Part shown: positions 36,753-48,884 of the stretch, piece after piece | Position numbering within the stretch: position 1 is the first letter of the stretch | Layout of the letters: each line of letters opens with the position of its first letter | From: Mobula hypostoma | Taxonomy: Eukaryota | Length of the DNA: 64,000 nucleotides | Assembly (NCBI RefSeq): GCF_963921235.1 | Contig: NC_086101.1 | Span: forward strand, 4,032,001-4,096,000 | Direction: 5' to 3' | Translations under genes and position numbers: made by a program | The notes under the pieces: generated by a model | Databases searched by the model: none | Seen by the model: only the letters and a program-made list of their open reading frames with translations | What the model was told of the DNA's origin: nothing

Positions 36753-39700
36753 ATCGGAGCAAGAAGGCCGTGAGTGAACGGCTGACTTCCAGAGCAAAGG
36801 CAGTTTTTTACTACTCGGGGTAAAAGAGAGGCAAGACTGCACAGGCGCATGACATCAGCCAGTAGAGTGCGAAAGTTTTAAAAGGACCGGCATATCCAGT
36901 GGGCAGTGGAGTGAGAGGCAGCAGAGTGATAGGGCTTTGGCTCAACGGGCTTAGGCGGTAACGGGATGAGGCAAGGAAACTTGGTGTTAATTGTGGAAAG
37001 GAGGAAGTATGTGTGTGAGGTCTGTGTTCTGTGCTCGGTGTCAGATGTGGCAGGTCCTGGAGTATCCCAGCCTCCCAGACGACAATATCTGCACCCCGTG
37101 TGTCAAGCTGCAGCTCCTAAGGGACTGAGTTAGGGAACTGGAGATGCAGTTCAATGACCTTCGTCTGGTCAGGGAGAGTGAGGAGGTGTTAGAGAAGAGT
37201 TATAGGCAGGTGGTCACACTAGGGCCATGGGAGACAGACAAGTGGGTCACAGTCATGAGGGGGAAGGGGAAGAGTCAGGTACTAGAGAGTACCCCTGTGG
37301 CTGTACCCCTTGACAATAAGTACTCCTCTTTGAGTGCTGTTGGGGGGGACAGCTTACCTGGGGGAAGCAACAGTGGCCGTGCCTCTGGCACAGGGTCTAG
37401 CCCTGTGGCTCAGAAGGGTAGGGAAAGGAAGAGGAAGGCAGTAGTGATAGGGGATTCTATAGTTAGGGGGTCAGATAGGCGATTCTGTGGACGCAGGAAA
37501 GAAACTCAAATGGTAGTCTGCCTCCCAGCTGCCAGGGTCCAGGATGTTTCAGATCGCGTCCAAGATATCCTGCAGTGGGAAGGAGAACAGCCAGAGGTCA
37601 TGGTACTTATTGGTACCAATGACATATGTAGGAAAAGGGAAGAGGTCCTGAAAAAAGACTACAGGGAGTTAGAAAGGAAGCTGAGAAGCAGGACTGCAAA
37701 GGTAGTCATCTCGGGATTACTGCCTGTGGCATGCAGCAGTGAGAATAGGAATAGAATGAGGTGGAGGATAAATGCATGGCTGAGAGATTGGAGCAGGGGG
37801 CAGGGATTCAGATTTTGGGGCAGGTGTGACCTGTACAGAAAGGATGGGTTGCACTTGAAACCTAGCACCAATATCCTGGCGGGGAGGTTTGCTAAGGCTA
37901 CAGGGGAAAGTTTAATCTAGAATTGTTGGGGGGTAGGAACTGAACTGAAGAGACTGGGGAAGGGAGGTTGGCTCACAAATAGAGAAAGCTTGGAGACTGT
38001 GTGTGGAGGAGGAAAGCAAGGTGATAGAGAAGGGACTCGCTCAGACCAAAGGTTTGAGATGTGTCTATTTTAATGCAAGGAGTGTTGTGAACAAAGCAGA
38101 TGAGCTTAAAGCGTGGAACAGTACTTGGAGATACGATGTGGTGGCCATTACAGGTTCAGGGACAGGAATGGTTACTTCAAGTGCTGGGTTTTAGATGTTT
38201 CGAAAGGACAGGGAGGGAGGCAAAAGAGGAGGGTGCGTGGCACTGCTGACCAGAGATAGTGTCACAGCTGCAGAAAAGGTGGATGCCATGGAGGGATTGT
38301 CCACGGAGTCTCTGTGGGTGGAAGTTACGAACAGGAAGAGGTCAATAACTTTACTGGGTGTTTTTTTATAGGCCACCCAATAGTAACAGGATATCAAGGA
38401 GCAGATAGGGAAACAGATCCTGGAAAGGTTTAATAATAACATAGTTGTCATGATGGGAGATTTTAATTTCCCAAATATTGATTGGCATTTCCCTAGAGCA
38501 AGGGGTTAGATGGGGTGGAGTTTGTTAGCTGTGTTCAGAAAGGTTTCTTGACACAATATGTAGATAAGCCTACAAGAGGAGAGGGTGTACTTGATTTGGT
38601 ATTGGGAAATGAACCTGGTCAGGTGTCAGATCTCTCAGTGGGAGAGCATTTTGGAGATAGTGATCGTAATTCTATCTCCTTTACAATAGCATTGGAGAGA
38701 GATAGAAACAGACAAGTTAGAAAAGCATTTAATTGGAGTAAGGGGAATTATGAGGCTATCAAGCAGGAAATTGGAAGCTTAAATTGGAAACAGATGTTCT
38801 TGGGGAGAAGTACGGAAGAAATGTGGCAAATGTTCAGGGGATATTTGTGTAGAGTTCTGCATAGGTACGTCCCAATGAGACAGGGAAGTTATGGTAGGGT
38901 ACAGGAACTGTGGTGTACAAAGGCTGTAATAAATCTAGTCAAGAAAAAAAGAAAAGCTTACAAAAGGTTCTGAGAGCTAGGTAATGTTAGAGATCTAGAA
39001 GATTATAAGGCGAACAGGAAGGAGCTTAAGAACGAAATTAGGAGAGCCAGAAGGGGCCATGAGAAGGCCTTGGCGGGCAGGACTGAGGAAAACCCCATGG
39101 CATTCTACAAGTATGTGAACAGCAAGAGGATAAGATGTGAAATAGGACCTCTCAAGTGTGACAGTGGGAAAGTGTGTATGGAACCGGAAGAAATAGCAGA
39201 GGTTCTTAATGAATACTTTACTTCAGTATTCACTACAGAAAAGGATCTTGTTGATTGTAGTGATGACTTGCAGCAGACTGAAAAGCTTGAGCATGCAGAA
39301 ATTAAGAAAGAGGATGTGCTGGAGCTTTTGGAAAGCATCAAGTCAGATAAGTCACTAGGACCGGATGAGATGTCCCCAGGCTACAATGGGAGGCAAGGGA
39401 GGAGATTGCTGAGCCTCTGGCGATGATCTTGATCTGGTGTTGAAATTGCGGGGGCCCTGGCAGAAATATTGAAAATGTCGCTGTCTATGGGTGTAGTGCC
39501 GGAGGATTGGAGAGTGGCTCATGTTGTTCTGTTGTTTAAAAAAGGATCGAAAAGTAATCCGGGAAATTATAGGCCGATGAGTTTACTGTCAGTAGTAGGT
39601 AAGTTATTGGAGGGAGTACTAAGAGACAGAATCTACAAGCATTTGGATAGACAGGGACTTATTAGGGAGAGTCAACATGGCTTTGTGTGTGGTAGGTCAT

Positions 39701-42442
39701 GTTTGACCAATCTATTGGAGTCTTTTGAGGAGGTTACCAGGAAAGTGGATGAAGGGAAGGCAGTGGATATTGTCTACATGGACTTCAGTAAGGCCTTTGA
39801 CAAGGTCCTGCATGGGAGGTTAGTTAGGAATATTCAGTCGCTAGGTATACATGGAGAGGTGGTAAATTGGATTAGACATTGGCTCGATGGAAGAAGCCAG
39901 TGAGTGGTGGTAGAGAATTGCTTCTCTGAGTGGAGGCCTGTGACTAGTGGTGTGCCACAGGGATCAGTGCTGGGTCCATTGTTATTTGTCATCTATATCA
40001 ATGATCTGGATGATAATGTGATAAATTGGATCAGCAAGTTTGCTGATGAAACAAAGATTGGAGGTGTAGTAGACAGTGAGGAAGGTTTTCAGAGCCTGCA
40101 GAGGGACTTGGACCAGCTGGAAAAATGGGCTGAAAAATGGCAGATGGAGTTTAATACTGACAAGTGTGAGGTATTGAACGTTGGAAGGACAAACCAATGT
40201 AAAACATACAGGGTTAATGGTAAGTCACTGAGGAATGCAGTGGAACAGAGAGATCTGGGAATACAGATACAAAATTCCCTAAAAGTGTCGTCACAGGTAG
40301 ATAGGGTCGTAAAGAGAGCTTTTGGTACATTGGCCTTTATTAATCAAAGTATTGAGTATAAGAGCCGGAATGTTATAATGAGGTTGTATAAGGCATTGGT
40401 GAGGCCGAATCTGGAGTATTGTGTTCAGTTTTGGTCACCAAATTACAGGAAGGATATAAATAAGGTTGAAAGAGTGCAGAGAAGGTTTACAAGGATGTTG
40501 CCAGGACTTGAGAAACTCAGTTACAGAGAAAGGTTAAATAGGTTAGGATTTTATTCCCTGGAGCGTAGAAGAATGAGGGGAGATTTGATAGAGGTATATA
40601 AAATTATGATGGGTATAGATAGAGTGAATGCAAGCAGGCTTTTTCCACTGAGGCAAGGGGAGAAAAAAACCAGAGGACATGGGTTAAGGGTGAGGGGGGA
40701 AAAGTTTAAAGGGAACATTAGTGGGGGCTTCTTCACACAGAGAGTGGTGGGAGTATGGAATGAGCTGCCAGATGAGGTGGTAAATGCGGTTTCTTTTTTA
40801 ACATTTAAGAATAAATTGGACAAATACATGGATGGGAGGTGTATGGAGGGATATGGTCCGTGTGCAGGTCAGTGGGACTAGGCAGAAAATGGTTCGGCAC
40901 AGCCAAGAAGGGCCAGAAGGCCTGTTTCTGTGCTGTCGTTTCTATGGTTTCTATGGTTTCTAATCTTTGCATCATCAGTGGGGACGGGAGAGGTTCCGGC
41001 AGATTGGAAGGTTGCAGATGACGTTCCTTTATTCAAGAAAGGGAGTATAGATCGCCCAGGAAATTATAGACCAGTGAGTCTTACCTCAGTTGTTGGTAAG
41101 TTGATGGAGAAGATCCTGAGAGGCAGGATTTATGAACATTTGGAGAGATATAATATGATTAGGAATACTCAGTATGGCTTTGTCAAGGGCAGATCGTGCC
41201 TTCCGAGCCTGATTGAATTTTTTGAGGATGTGAGTAAACACATTGATGAAGGAAGAGCAGTAGATGTAGTGTATATGGATTTCAGCAAGGCATTTGATAA
41301 GGTACCCCATGCAAGGCTTATTGAGAGGGTAAGGAGGCATGGGATCCAAGAGGACATTGCTTTATGGATCCAGAACTGGCTTGCCCACAGAAGGCAAAGA
41401 GTGGTTGTAGACAGGTCATATTCTGCATGGAGGTCGGTCACCAGTGGATCACCTCAGGGATCTGTTCTGGGACCCTTACTCTTCCTGATTTTTGTAAATG
41501 ACCTGGATGAGGAAGTGGAGGGATGGGTCAGTAAGTTTGCTGATGACACAATGGTTGGAGGTGTTGTGGATAGTGTGGAGGGCTGTCAAGGGTTACAGTG
41601 GGACATTGATAGGATGTTAAACTGGGCTGAGAAGTGGCAGATGGAGTTCTTCCAGATAAGTGCGAAGTGGTTCACTTTGGTAGGTCAAATATGATAGCAG
41701 AATATAGTATTAATGGTAAGACTCCTGGCAGTATGGAGGATCAGAGGGATCTTGGGGTCCGAGTCCATAGGACACTCAAAGCAGCTGCACAGGTTGACAC
41801 TGTGGTTAAGAAGGTGTACGGTGTATTGGCCTTCATCAATTGTGGAATTGAATTTAGGAGCCGAGAGGTAATGTTGCAGTGATATAGGACCCTGGTCAGA
41901 CCCCACTTGGAGTACTGTGCTCAGTTCTGGTCGCCTCATTACAGGAAGGATATGGAAGCCATAGAAAGGGTGCAGAGGAGATTTACAAGGATGTTGCCTG
42001 GATTGGGGAGCATGCTTTATGAGAATAGGTTGAGTGAATTCGGCCTTTTCTCCTTGGAGCGACCAAGGATGAGAAGTGACCTGACAGAGGTGTATAAGAT
42101 GATGAGAAGCATTGATTGCGTGAATAGTCAGAGGCTTTTTCCCAGGGCTGAAATGGTTGCCACAAGAGGACACAGGTTTAAGGTTCTGGGGAGTAGGTAC
42201 AGAAGAGATGTCAGGGGTAAGTTTTTTTACGCAGAGTGTGGTGAGTGCGTGGAATGGGCTGCCGGCAACGGTGGCGGAGGCAGATACAATAAGGTCTTTT
42301 AAGAGACTTTTGGATAGGTACATGGACCTTAGAAAAATAGAGGGCTATGGGTAAGCCTAGTAATTTCTAAAGTAGGGTCATGTTCGGCACAACTTTGTGG
42401 GCCGAAGGGCTTGTATTGTACTGTAGGTTTTCTATGTTTTCT
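36753..42442 (+). mobile_element. Full-length decayed CR1 subfamily A, itself interrupted at 39430
   Basis: 5-bp TSD AAGGG (36748-36752, 42443-42447); 5' UTR, ORF1 37009-37920, ORF2 pieces and tail. Confidence 0.92.
39431..40962 (+). mobile_element. Young 5'-truncated CR1 (RT region, one internal stop at 39901)
   Basis: ATCTT duplication (39426-39430, 40963-40967); (TTTCTATGG)n tail. Confidence 0.92.
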
Positions 42443-45069
42443 AAGGGTAACAGACCCTGCTGGCAGTTGTATACAGGCATCTCAACAGTAGCTGGGATGT
42501 GGGATACAGACCACAGTGGGAAATAGAAAAGGCATGTCAGAAGGGTACTGTTATGATAGTCATGGGAGATTTCAACATGCAAGTAGATTGGCAATATCAG
42601 GTTGGTATTGGATCTCAAGAGACTGAATTTGTTGAATTTGAAGAGATGGCTTTTTTGCGCGGTTTGTCTTTGAGGCTACCAGGATATCAGCAATCCTGGA
42701 TTTGGTGTCATGTCATAAACATGAAGAGATTAGGGAGCTTTCAGTGAAAGAACCCTCAGCAGGCAGTGATCACAATCTGACTGAGTTTAATCTTAAAATT
42801 TGATAGGGAAAAAGTAAAGTCTGACGTAGTAGTATTTCAGTGGAGTAAAGGAAATTACAGTGGTATGAGAGAGGAGTTGGCCAAAGTAAATTGGAAGGAG
42901 CTGCTGGCAGGGATACTGACAGTTTCAGGGAAAAATGGAGAAGGTGCAGGATATATGTATTTCAAAAACAAAGAAATACTCAAATGGCAAAATAGAACAA
43001 CCATGGTTGGAAAGGGAAGACAAAGCTAATGTAGCAGCAAAAGAGAGGGCATTGAACAAAGCTAAAATTAGTGGGAAGATGGAAGATTGGGAAGCTTTTA
43101 AAATCCTACACAGCAAATAAAAGAATCATTAGGAGGGAAAAGATGAATTACGAAAACAAGCTAGCAAATAATATCACGGTAGATAGTAAAAGCTTTTTCA
43201 AGTATATAAAAAATAAGAGACAGATGAGAGTGAATATAGGACTGCTAGAAAAAGAGGCCGGAGAAATAATAACGGGGGACAAGGAGATGGCAGATGAATT
43301 AAATGAGTATTTGGCGTCAGTCATCACAGTGGAAGACACTAGCAGTATGCCTGGTGTTGCAATGTGTGAGGAAGAGAAGTGAGTGCAGTTACTATTACAA
43401 GGGAGATGTTGCTCAAAGTGTTGAAAGACCTAAAGCTACATGTCAGCCGGACCAGATGAACTGCACCCTAGGGTTCTGAAAGAGGTAGCAGCAGAGATTG
43501 TGGAGGTATTAGCAATGACATTTCAGAAATTATTGGACTCTGGCATGGTGCCAGAGGACTAGAAAACTGTAACTATCATTCCACTCTTTAAGAAGGGAGG
43601 GAGGCAGCAGAAAGGAAATTATAGACCAGTTAGCCTGAGCTCGGTGGTTGGGAAAATGTTGGAGTCAGTTGTTAAGGATAAGGTTATGAAGTACTTGGTG
43701 ACACTGGGCAAGATAGGACAAAGTCAGCATGGTTTCCTTCAGGGGAAATCTTGTCTGACGAACCTGTTGGAATTCTTTGCGGAGATTACAAGTGGGATAG
43801 ATAAAAGGGATGCAGTGGATGTTGTATATTTGAATTTTCAGAAGGCCTTTGACAAAATGCAACACCTGTGGCTGTTTATCAAGATAAGAACCCATGGTAT
43901 TACAGAAAAGTTATTGGCATGGTCAGAGCATTGGCTGATTGGTAGGAGGCAGCGAGTGGAAATAAAAGGATCCTTTTCTGTTTGGCTGCCAGTGACTAGT
44001 GGTGTTCAACAGGGTCAGTGTTGGGACCACTTCTTTTTATACTGTGTATAAATGATTTAGATGATGGAATAGATGGCTTTGTTGCCAAATGTGCAGATGA
44101 TACAAAGTTTGGTGGAGGTGAAGTTTTTGAATGTTGAAAGGCCTAGACAGAGTAGATATTTCTTGGACAAGAAGGCACAGCGTCAGGATAGGGAGATGTA
44201 GGTAGTGTTGAGCAAACAGGCTGGCTGCAGGAGGACTTGGACAGATTTGGGAATGGGCAAGAAAGTAGCAAATGAAATACAATGTTGGAAAATGCATGGT
44301 CATGCACTTTAGCAGAAGGAATAAATGTGCAGACTATTTTCTCAATGGGGAGAAAATCCAAAAATCTGAGATGTAATGCAGAGGGAGTTGGTAGTCCTTG
44401 TGCAGAACACCCTAAAGGTTAACTTGCAGGTTGTGTCGATGGTGAGGATGGATAATGCAATGTTAGCAGACATTTCAAGAGGTCTTGAATACAAGAGCAG
44501 GGACGTGATGCTGAGGCTTTATAAGGCACTGGTGAAGTCTCACCTTGAGTATTGTGAACAGTTTTGGATTCCTTATCTAAGAAAAGATGTGCTGGCATTG
44601 GAGAGGATTCAGATGAGGTTGACAAGAATGATTCCAGGGATAAAAGGGTTAAGATACGAGGAACGTTTGATAACTCCGGGCCTGTATTCTCTGGAAATTA
44701 AAAGGAGGAACTCACTGAAACCTTTCGAATGTTGAAAGGCCTAGACACAGTAGATATTTCTTGGACAAGTAGGCACAGCATCAGGATAGAGGGGTGTCCA
44801 TTTAAAACGGAGATGCAGAGAAATTTCTTTAGCCAGAGGATGGTGAATTTGTGGAATTTGTTACTACAGGCAGCTGCGGAGGACAGGCCATTGGGTGTAT
44901 TTAAGGCAGAGATTGATCGGTTCTTGATTGGCCACTACATCAAAGTTTACAGGGAGAAGGCTGGGCAGTGGAGCTGAGGAGGGGCAAAAGGGATCAGGCA
45001 TGAATGGTGGAGCAGAATTGATGGGCCAAATGGCCTAATTCTGCTCCTGAGTATTCTGGCCTTAGGTCT

Positions 45070-46160
45070 TTAGGACTGGAAGAAAAGATGAGAGGTCAGA
45101 GTAAGAAGGTGGGGTGGAGGGACCGAGGAAGCACAAGGGGGTAGGTGGTAGGAAGAGGGAGAATAGTGAAGCAAAGTGGGGGGGGGGAAGTTGATTGGTG
45201 AAGGAGATAAAGGGCTGGAGAAGGGGTAATCTGATAGGAGAGGGTAGAAAACCATGGCAGAAAGGGAAGGAGGAGGTGCACTACAGGGAGATGATGGACA
45301 GGTGAGGAGATAATGTGAGAGAGGGATATGGGAATGGGGTATGGTGAAGAGGAAAGGGGAATCACCGGAGGTTCAAGAAGTCGATGTTCTTGCTATCAGG
45401 TTGGAGGCTACCCAGACGGAATATAAGGTGTTGCTTCTCCAACCTGAGTATAGCATTATCGCGGCAATAGTGGAGGCTAGGGAATGACATGTGGGAATGG
45501 AAATGGGAAGTGGAATTGAAATGGTTGACCAGAGGGAGATTGTGCTTTTTTTTTCTGGCAGCTGGAGCGTAGATGCTTGGCAAAGCGGTCTCCCAATCTA
45601 CATTGGGTCTCACTGTTATACAGGAGGCCACACCGGGAGCACTGGATACAGTAGATGATCCCAACAGACTCACAGGGGAAGTGACGCAGTCGGGGCCAGG
45701 GAACTTAAAGTTATTGAAAAGGTCCAGAGTGTGTGGTGTCACGGATGTAGGTAGGAAGGGAAGAAGGTTAGTAGTGTGAGGAGAGGGGAGTATTGGGGTT
45801 TTCAGGGAAGGTGGGGTGGGAGGAAGATGGAGTCTTTGAGGACCTAAGAGCTTACGGTGAGACCTGAGAGAGAGAGGGAGGGAAGACGGAGGACCCAGTG
45901 TCAGCACGTAAAGTTCTGCCCTGGAGGTGCTGTGGGCAAGATCCAGGCTGCAGTCGAAGTTGGCGGTCATGCAAGAGGAGCTTTGAAGGTGGCCGAAGTC
46001 GTTGGAACGCGCATCGCTGGCGGTGGAGTCTGAATCTGATTGGGACATCAGCAGCAGGGATCGCAGCCAGTGTTGGAGGCAGCAGGTTCTGTAGTCTATA
46101 GAAGCGCAACCTTCTGACCCGTGCCAGATCTGAGAAAGGTGAAGAACCAGCGACTGAAAG
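45070..46160 (-). mobile_element. Penelope-like element fragments (GIY-YIG C-terminus plus 3' region)
   Basis: LVNHFNSTSH..AILRLEKQHLIFRLGSLQP peptide; inverted homolog of 46370-46980. Confidence 0.8.
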
Positions 46161-46169
46161 CATGGATTT

Positions 46170-47100
46170 ATAACTTCCGTCATCTCCACTGGGATCCCAC
46201 CACCACCCCCCGCCGACCATCACTTTCCGCTTTCTACACAGATCGCTCCCTACACGACTCCCTTGTCCATTTGTCCCTCCCCACTGATCTCCCTCCTGGC
46301 AAGCCGAACAAGTGCTACATCTGCCCCTAAACCTCCTCCCTGACTACCATTCAGGGCCCCAGACAGTCCTTCCAGGTGAGGCGACACTTCACCCGTGAGC
46401 CTGTTGGGGTCATATATTGTGACTGGCGCTCCTGGTGTGGCCTCCTGTATATTGGTAGGACCGAAGGTAGACTGGGAGACCAATTTGCCGAGCACCTACA
46501 CTCCGTCCACCAGAAAAAGCGGGATCTCCCGGTGCCCACCCATTTTAATTCTATTTCCCATTCTTGTTCCAACATGTCAGTCCATGGTCACCTCTACTTC
46601 TGCAATGAGGCCACACTCAGGTTGGAGGAACAACACCTTATATTCGGTTTGGGTAGCCTTTAGCCTGATGGCATGAGCGTCCATTTCTTGAACTTCTCGA
46701 ATTGATCCCCCCTTCATCAATCCCATTTCCATCTCTCACCTCATCTGCTTACCTGCCCATCACCTCCCTCTGGTGCTCCTCCTCATTTCCCTTCTTCTAT
46801 AGCCTTCTATCCCCTCCTATTAGATTCCTCCAGCCCTTTATCTCTTTCAGTAATCAACTTCCCAGCTCTTTACTTCAGCCTCTCCCCCCCACCCCCAGTT
46901 TCACCTATCTCCTACCACTTTGTACTTCTTCCTCCCCTCCCCCACCTTCTTACTCTAACTTCTTGTTTTTCCCAGTCCTGATGAAGGGTCTCAGTCTGAA
47001 ACATCGACTGTTCATTCTTTTCCATAGATGCTGCCTGGCCTGCGGGGGTTTCTCCAGTGTTTTGTGTGGCTTGCATTTCCAGCACCTGCAGAACATCTTC
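46170..47100 (+). mobile_element. Penelope-like element 3' fragment with GIY-YIG endonuclease
   Basis: GVIYC..CGLLYIGRT..RL..FAEHL..HFNS..LEEQHLIF peptide followed by a pyrimidine-rich 3' region. Confidence 0.88.
46973..47010 (+). ncRNA. Minimal hammerhead ribozyme motif (a second, more degenerate copy lies at about 47347-47385)
   Basis: CAGTC-CTGATGA-agggtctcagtct-GAAA-CATC-GACTG. Confidence 0.6.
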
Positions 47101-47646
47101 TGTTGGTAACAGGCGTTGGCTCTACAATCACTAGGGGTTGGACAGGCCTATAATGCTGTGCCACCAATCCAATTAAATTAGTAACCAAATGGACTACGAA
47201 ACTACCCCTCCCCTCCCCCCTACGCAATGTCCATAGCCTTCTATTTTCCTCATTTTCACTAAATGTCACCTAAAAATCCCAAATGTTTCTGCCTCTATCA
47301 TCTTGCTCCTCTCATATTAACCCCTCTGAATTCTCCTCTTCCATTCCAATCCTGATGAAAGGTCTCAGCATGAAATGTTGACTATTTGCTCTTTTCTATC
47401 GATGCTGCCTAGCCTGCTGAGTTTCTCCAAAATTTTGTGTTATTTATTTTGTTGGATTTCCAGCATCTGCAGATTTTCTCACGTTTGTGACAATATTCCA
47501 AGTGTGGTCTAACAAGAGTTTAATTATAGAGTTCCAACATTATCTCACAGCTCTTGAATGGAATACCCCCAACACACTATTTACCTTCTTAACCACCCTG
47601 TGAACATGCGTGGGAAATCTTGAGGTCATGGTTGACTTTCACATAC

Positions 47647-47759
47647 CCCTTCGATAGTTTTGACCGTCACGTGTCCTTCCGTCTCTTCCCTGGTTGTTGC
47701 TCGGTTCCGCTTCACAAAACTAGCATGAACTTGCTGGTCAGTGGGAAGGAGCAGCCTCT
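47647..47759 (-). CDS. CFB: Factor B/C2-like internal exon (113 bp; ERLLLPTDQQVHASFVKRNRATTREETEGHVTVKTIEG)
   Basis: ttccacag acceptor and GTATGT donor; phase 1 to phase 0 joins both neighbouring exons in frame; weak similarity to factor B EELLPAQDIKALFV...EVYIK. Confidence 0.82.
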
Positions 47760-48286
47760 CTGTGGAACACCAGGAGTTAGGCAGACGTTACCCCTCACCA
47801 CTGCAAACCCATCCCCTCCCCTCGGTAGGTCCCTGCAGAGAGGGAAGCCAGAAACTTTGCAACGCCCCAGCAGCGTGACGCGCGCACACCAAGGCAAACG
47901 CGTTCCCGGAACAATCATGTGTGCCCACTACGTGCAGAGGTGCACCTGAAGATTTCTCTGCATGCACACGGATACGTGTGCATGCGTGCCCAGTCTCGTG
48001 CATGCACGGTTTCCACAGCACGACCACACTTAATTATATCTGTGCACCAGAGAACTAAGCGGACAAGTGCACACTCACACCCCCTCCCTCTTTCCCCCAC
48101 TCTCTCCCTCGCTCTCCCGCTCTAATCTCTCACCCTCCTCCCTCTCCCTCCCTTCTGCAAATATTCCCAACCCATGCCGTCCCACAGGCACCGGGATCCA
48201 ACTAAACGTACCCCAGACTTCGGGAGTCCCACCCCGCGGCGTGGTTGGGTTGCACAGTTCGGTCGGTCAGTCCGCCCTCCCCTTAC

Positions 48287-48366
48287 CGTGATCAATACAT
48301 TTGGTCTTGGGGTGAGGCTTGCGCAAGGCGCGCGTCGTCTCCGGTGTGCATGGCAAGCAGATGGAC
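48287..48366 (-). CDS. CFB: Complement factor B/C2-like serine protease domain, internal exon (80 bp; (R)SICLPCTPETTRALRKPHPKTKCIDH)
   Basis: ttgtcacag acceptor and GTAAGG donor; peptide resembles factor B RPICLPCTEGTTRALRLP; ends in phase 1, matching the next exon. CFB versus C2 orthology not resolved. Confidence 0.9.
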
Positions 48367-48884
48367 CTGTGACAAGAGGGCAGCGTCAGCGGGGGCAGTG
48401 ATCAAATCCAGCATCGCCCCAGGGCCCGAGGAGGATTGACCCAAAAGCAGAGCCGCGGAAACGATTCAGCCGTGGAGGGCAACTTAAATAACCGTAAAAT
48501 AACAAGCCATGAGGGGCCACAAACCAACAGGTTACGGAAACTAAGAACAACAGGCACTGAGGAAAACTTTAGGCTCAGAGCAACTGGTTGAGGCCAGCTG
48601 GTTTGATAAGTGAACAGGGACTGTGGATGAAAACTGGGGTTTAATAGGCTGCAGGTGATGAGTCTGGCACGAGGGGCAGGCGGATTCTGTCAGCCAGGTG
48701 GAGGCAGAGAGGTGTCTGCATGTGTTGTGACCGCAGGCGTCAACAGGAGCAGTGCTGACACGTCAGACTTTCAGGTTAGAGTCAGAGTTCGGGAAGGGGG
48801 TGGGGGGGGTCGTGGTACTGGCGGGGGGGGTGGGTAGGTTGTTGTGTTGGAGTGTTTGACTAGCCACGATTTTATTTGTTGCAG

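Larger units (their letters stand above)
36194..45068 (+). mobile_element. Older CR1 (subfamily C) in two parts, 36194-36752 and 42443-45068, split by a nested CR1
   Basis: Endonuclease reads WVELRSCKG | KG..TLLAVVYR across the insertion; AAGGG duplicated. Confidence 0.85.

Noticed and set aside
45362..46189. 275-aa ORF as a host gene
   Set aside because: Mosaic of Penelope-derived pieces in mixed frames.
48791..48838. G-run clusters with G-quadruplex potential (also about 12200-12235)
   Set aside because: Low-complexity tracts with no supporting evidence of function.
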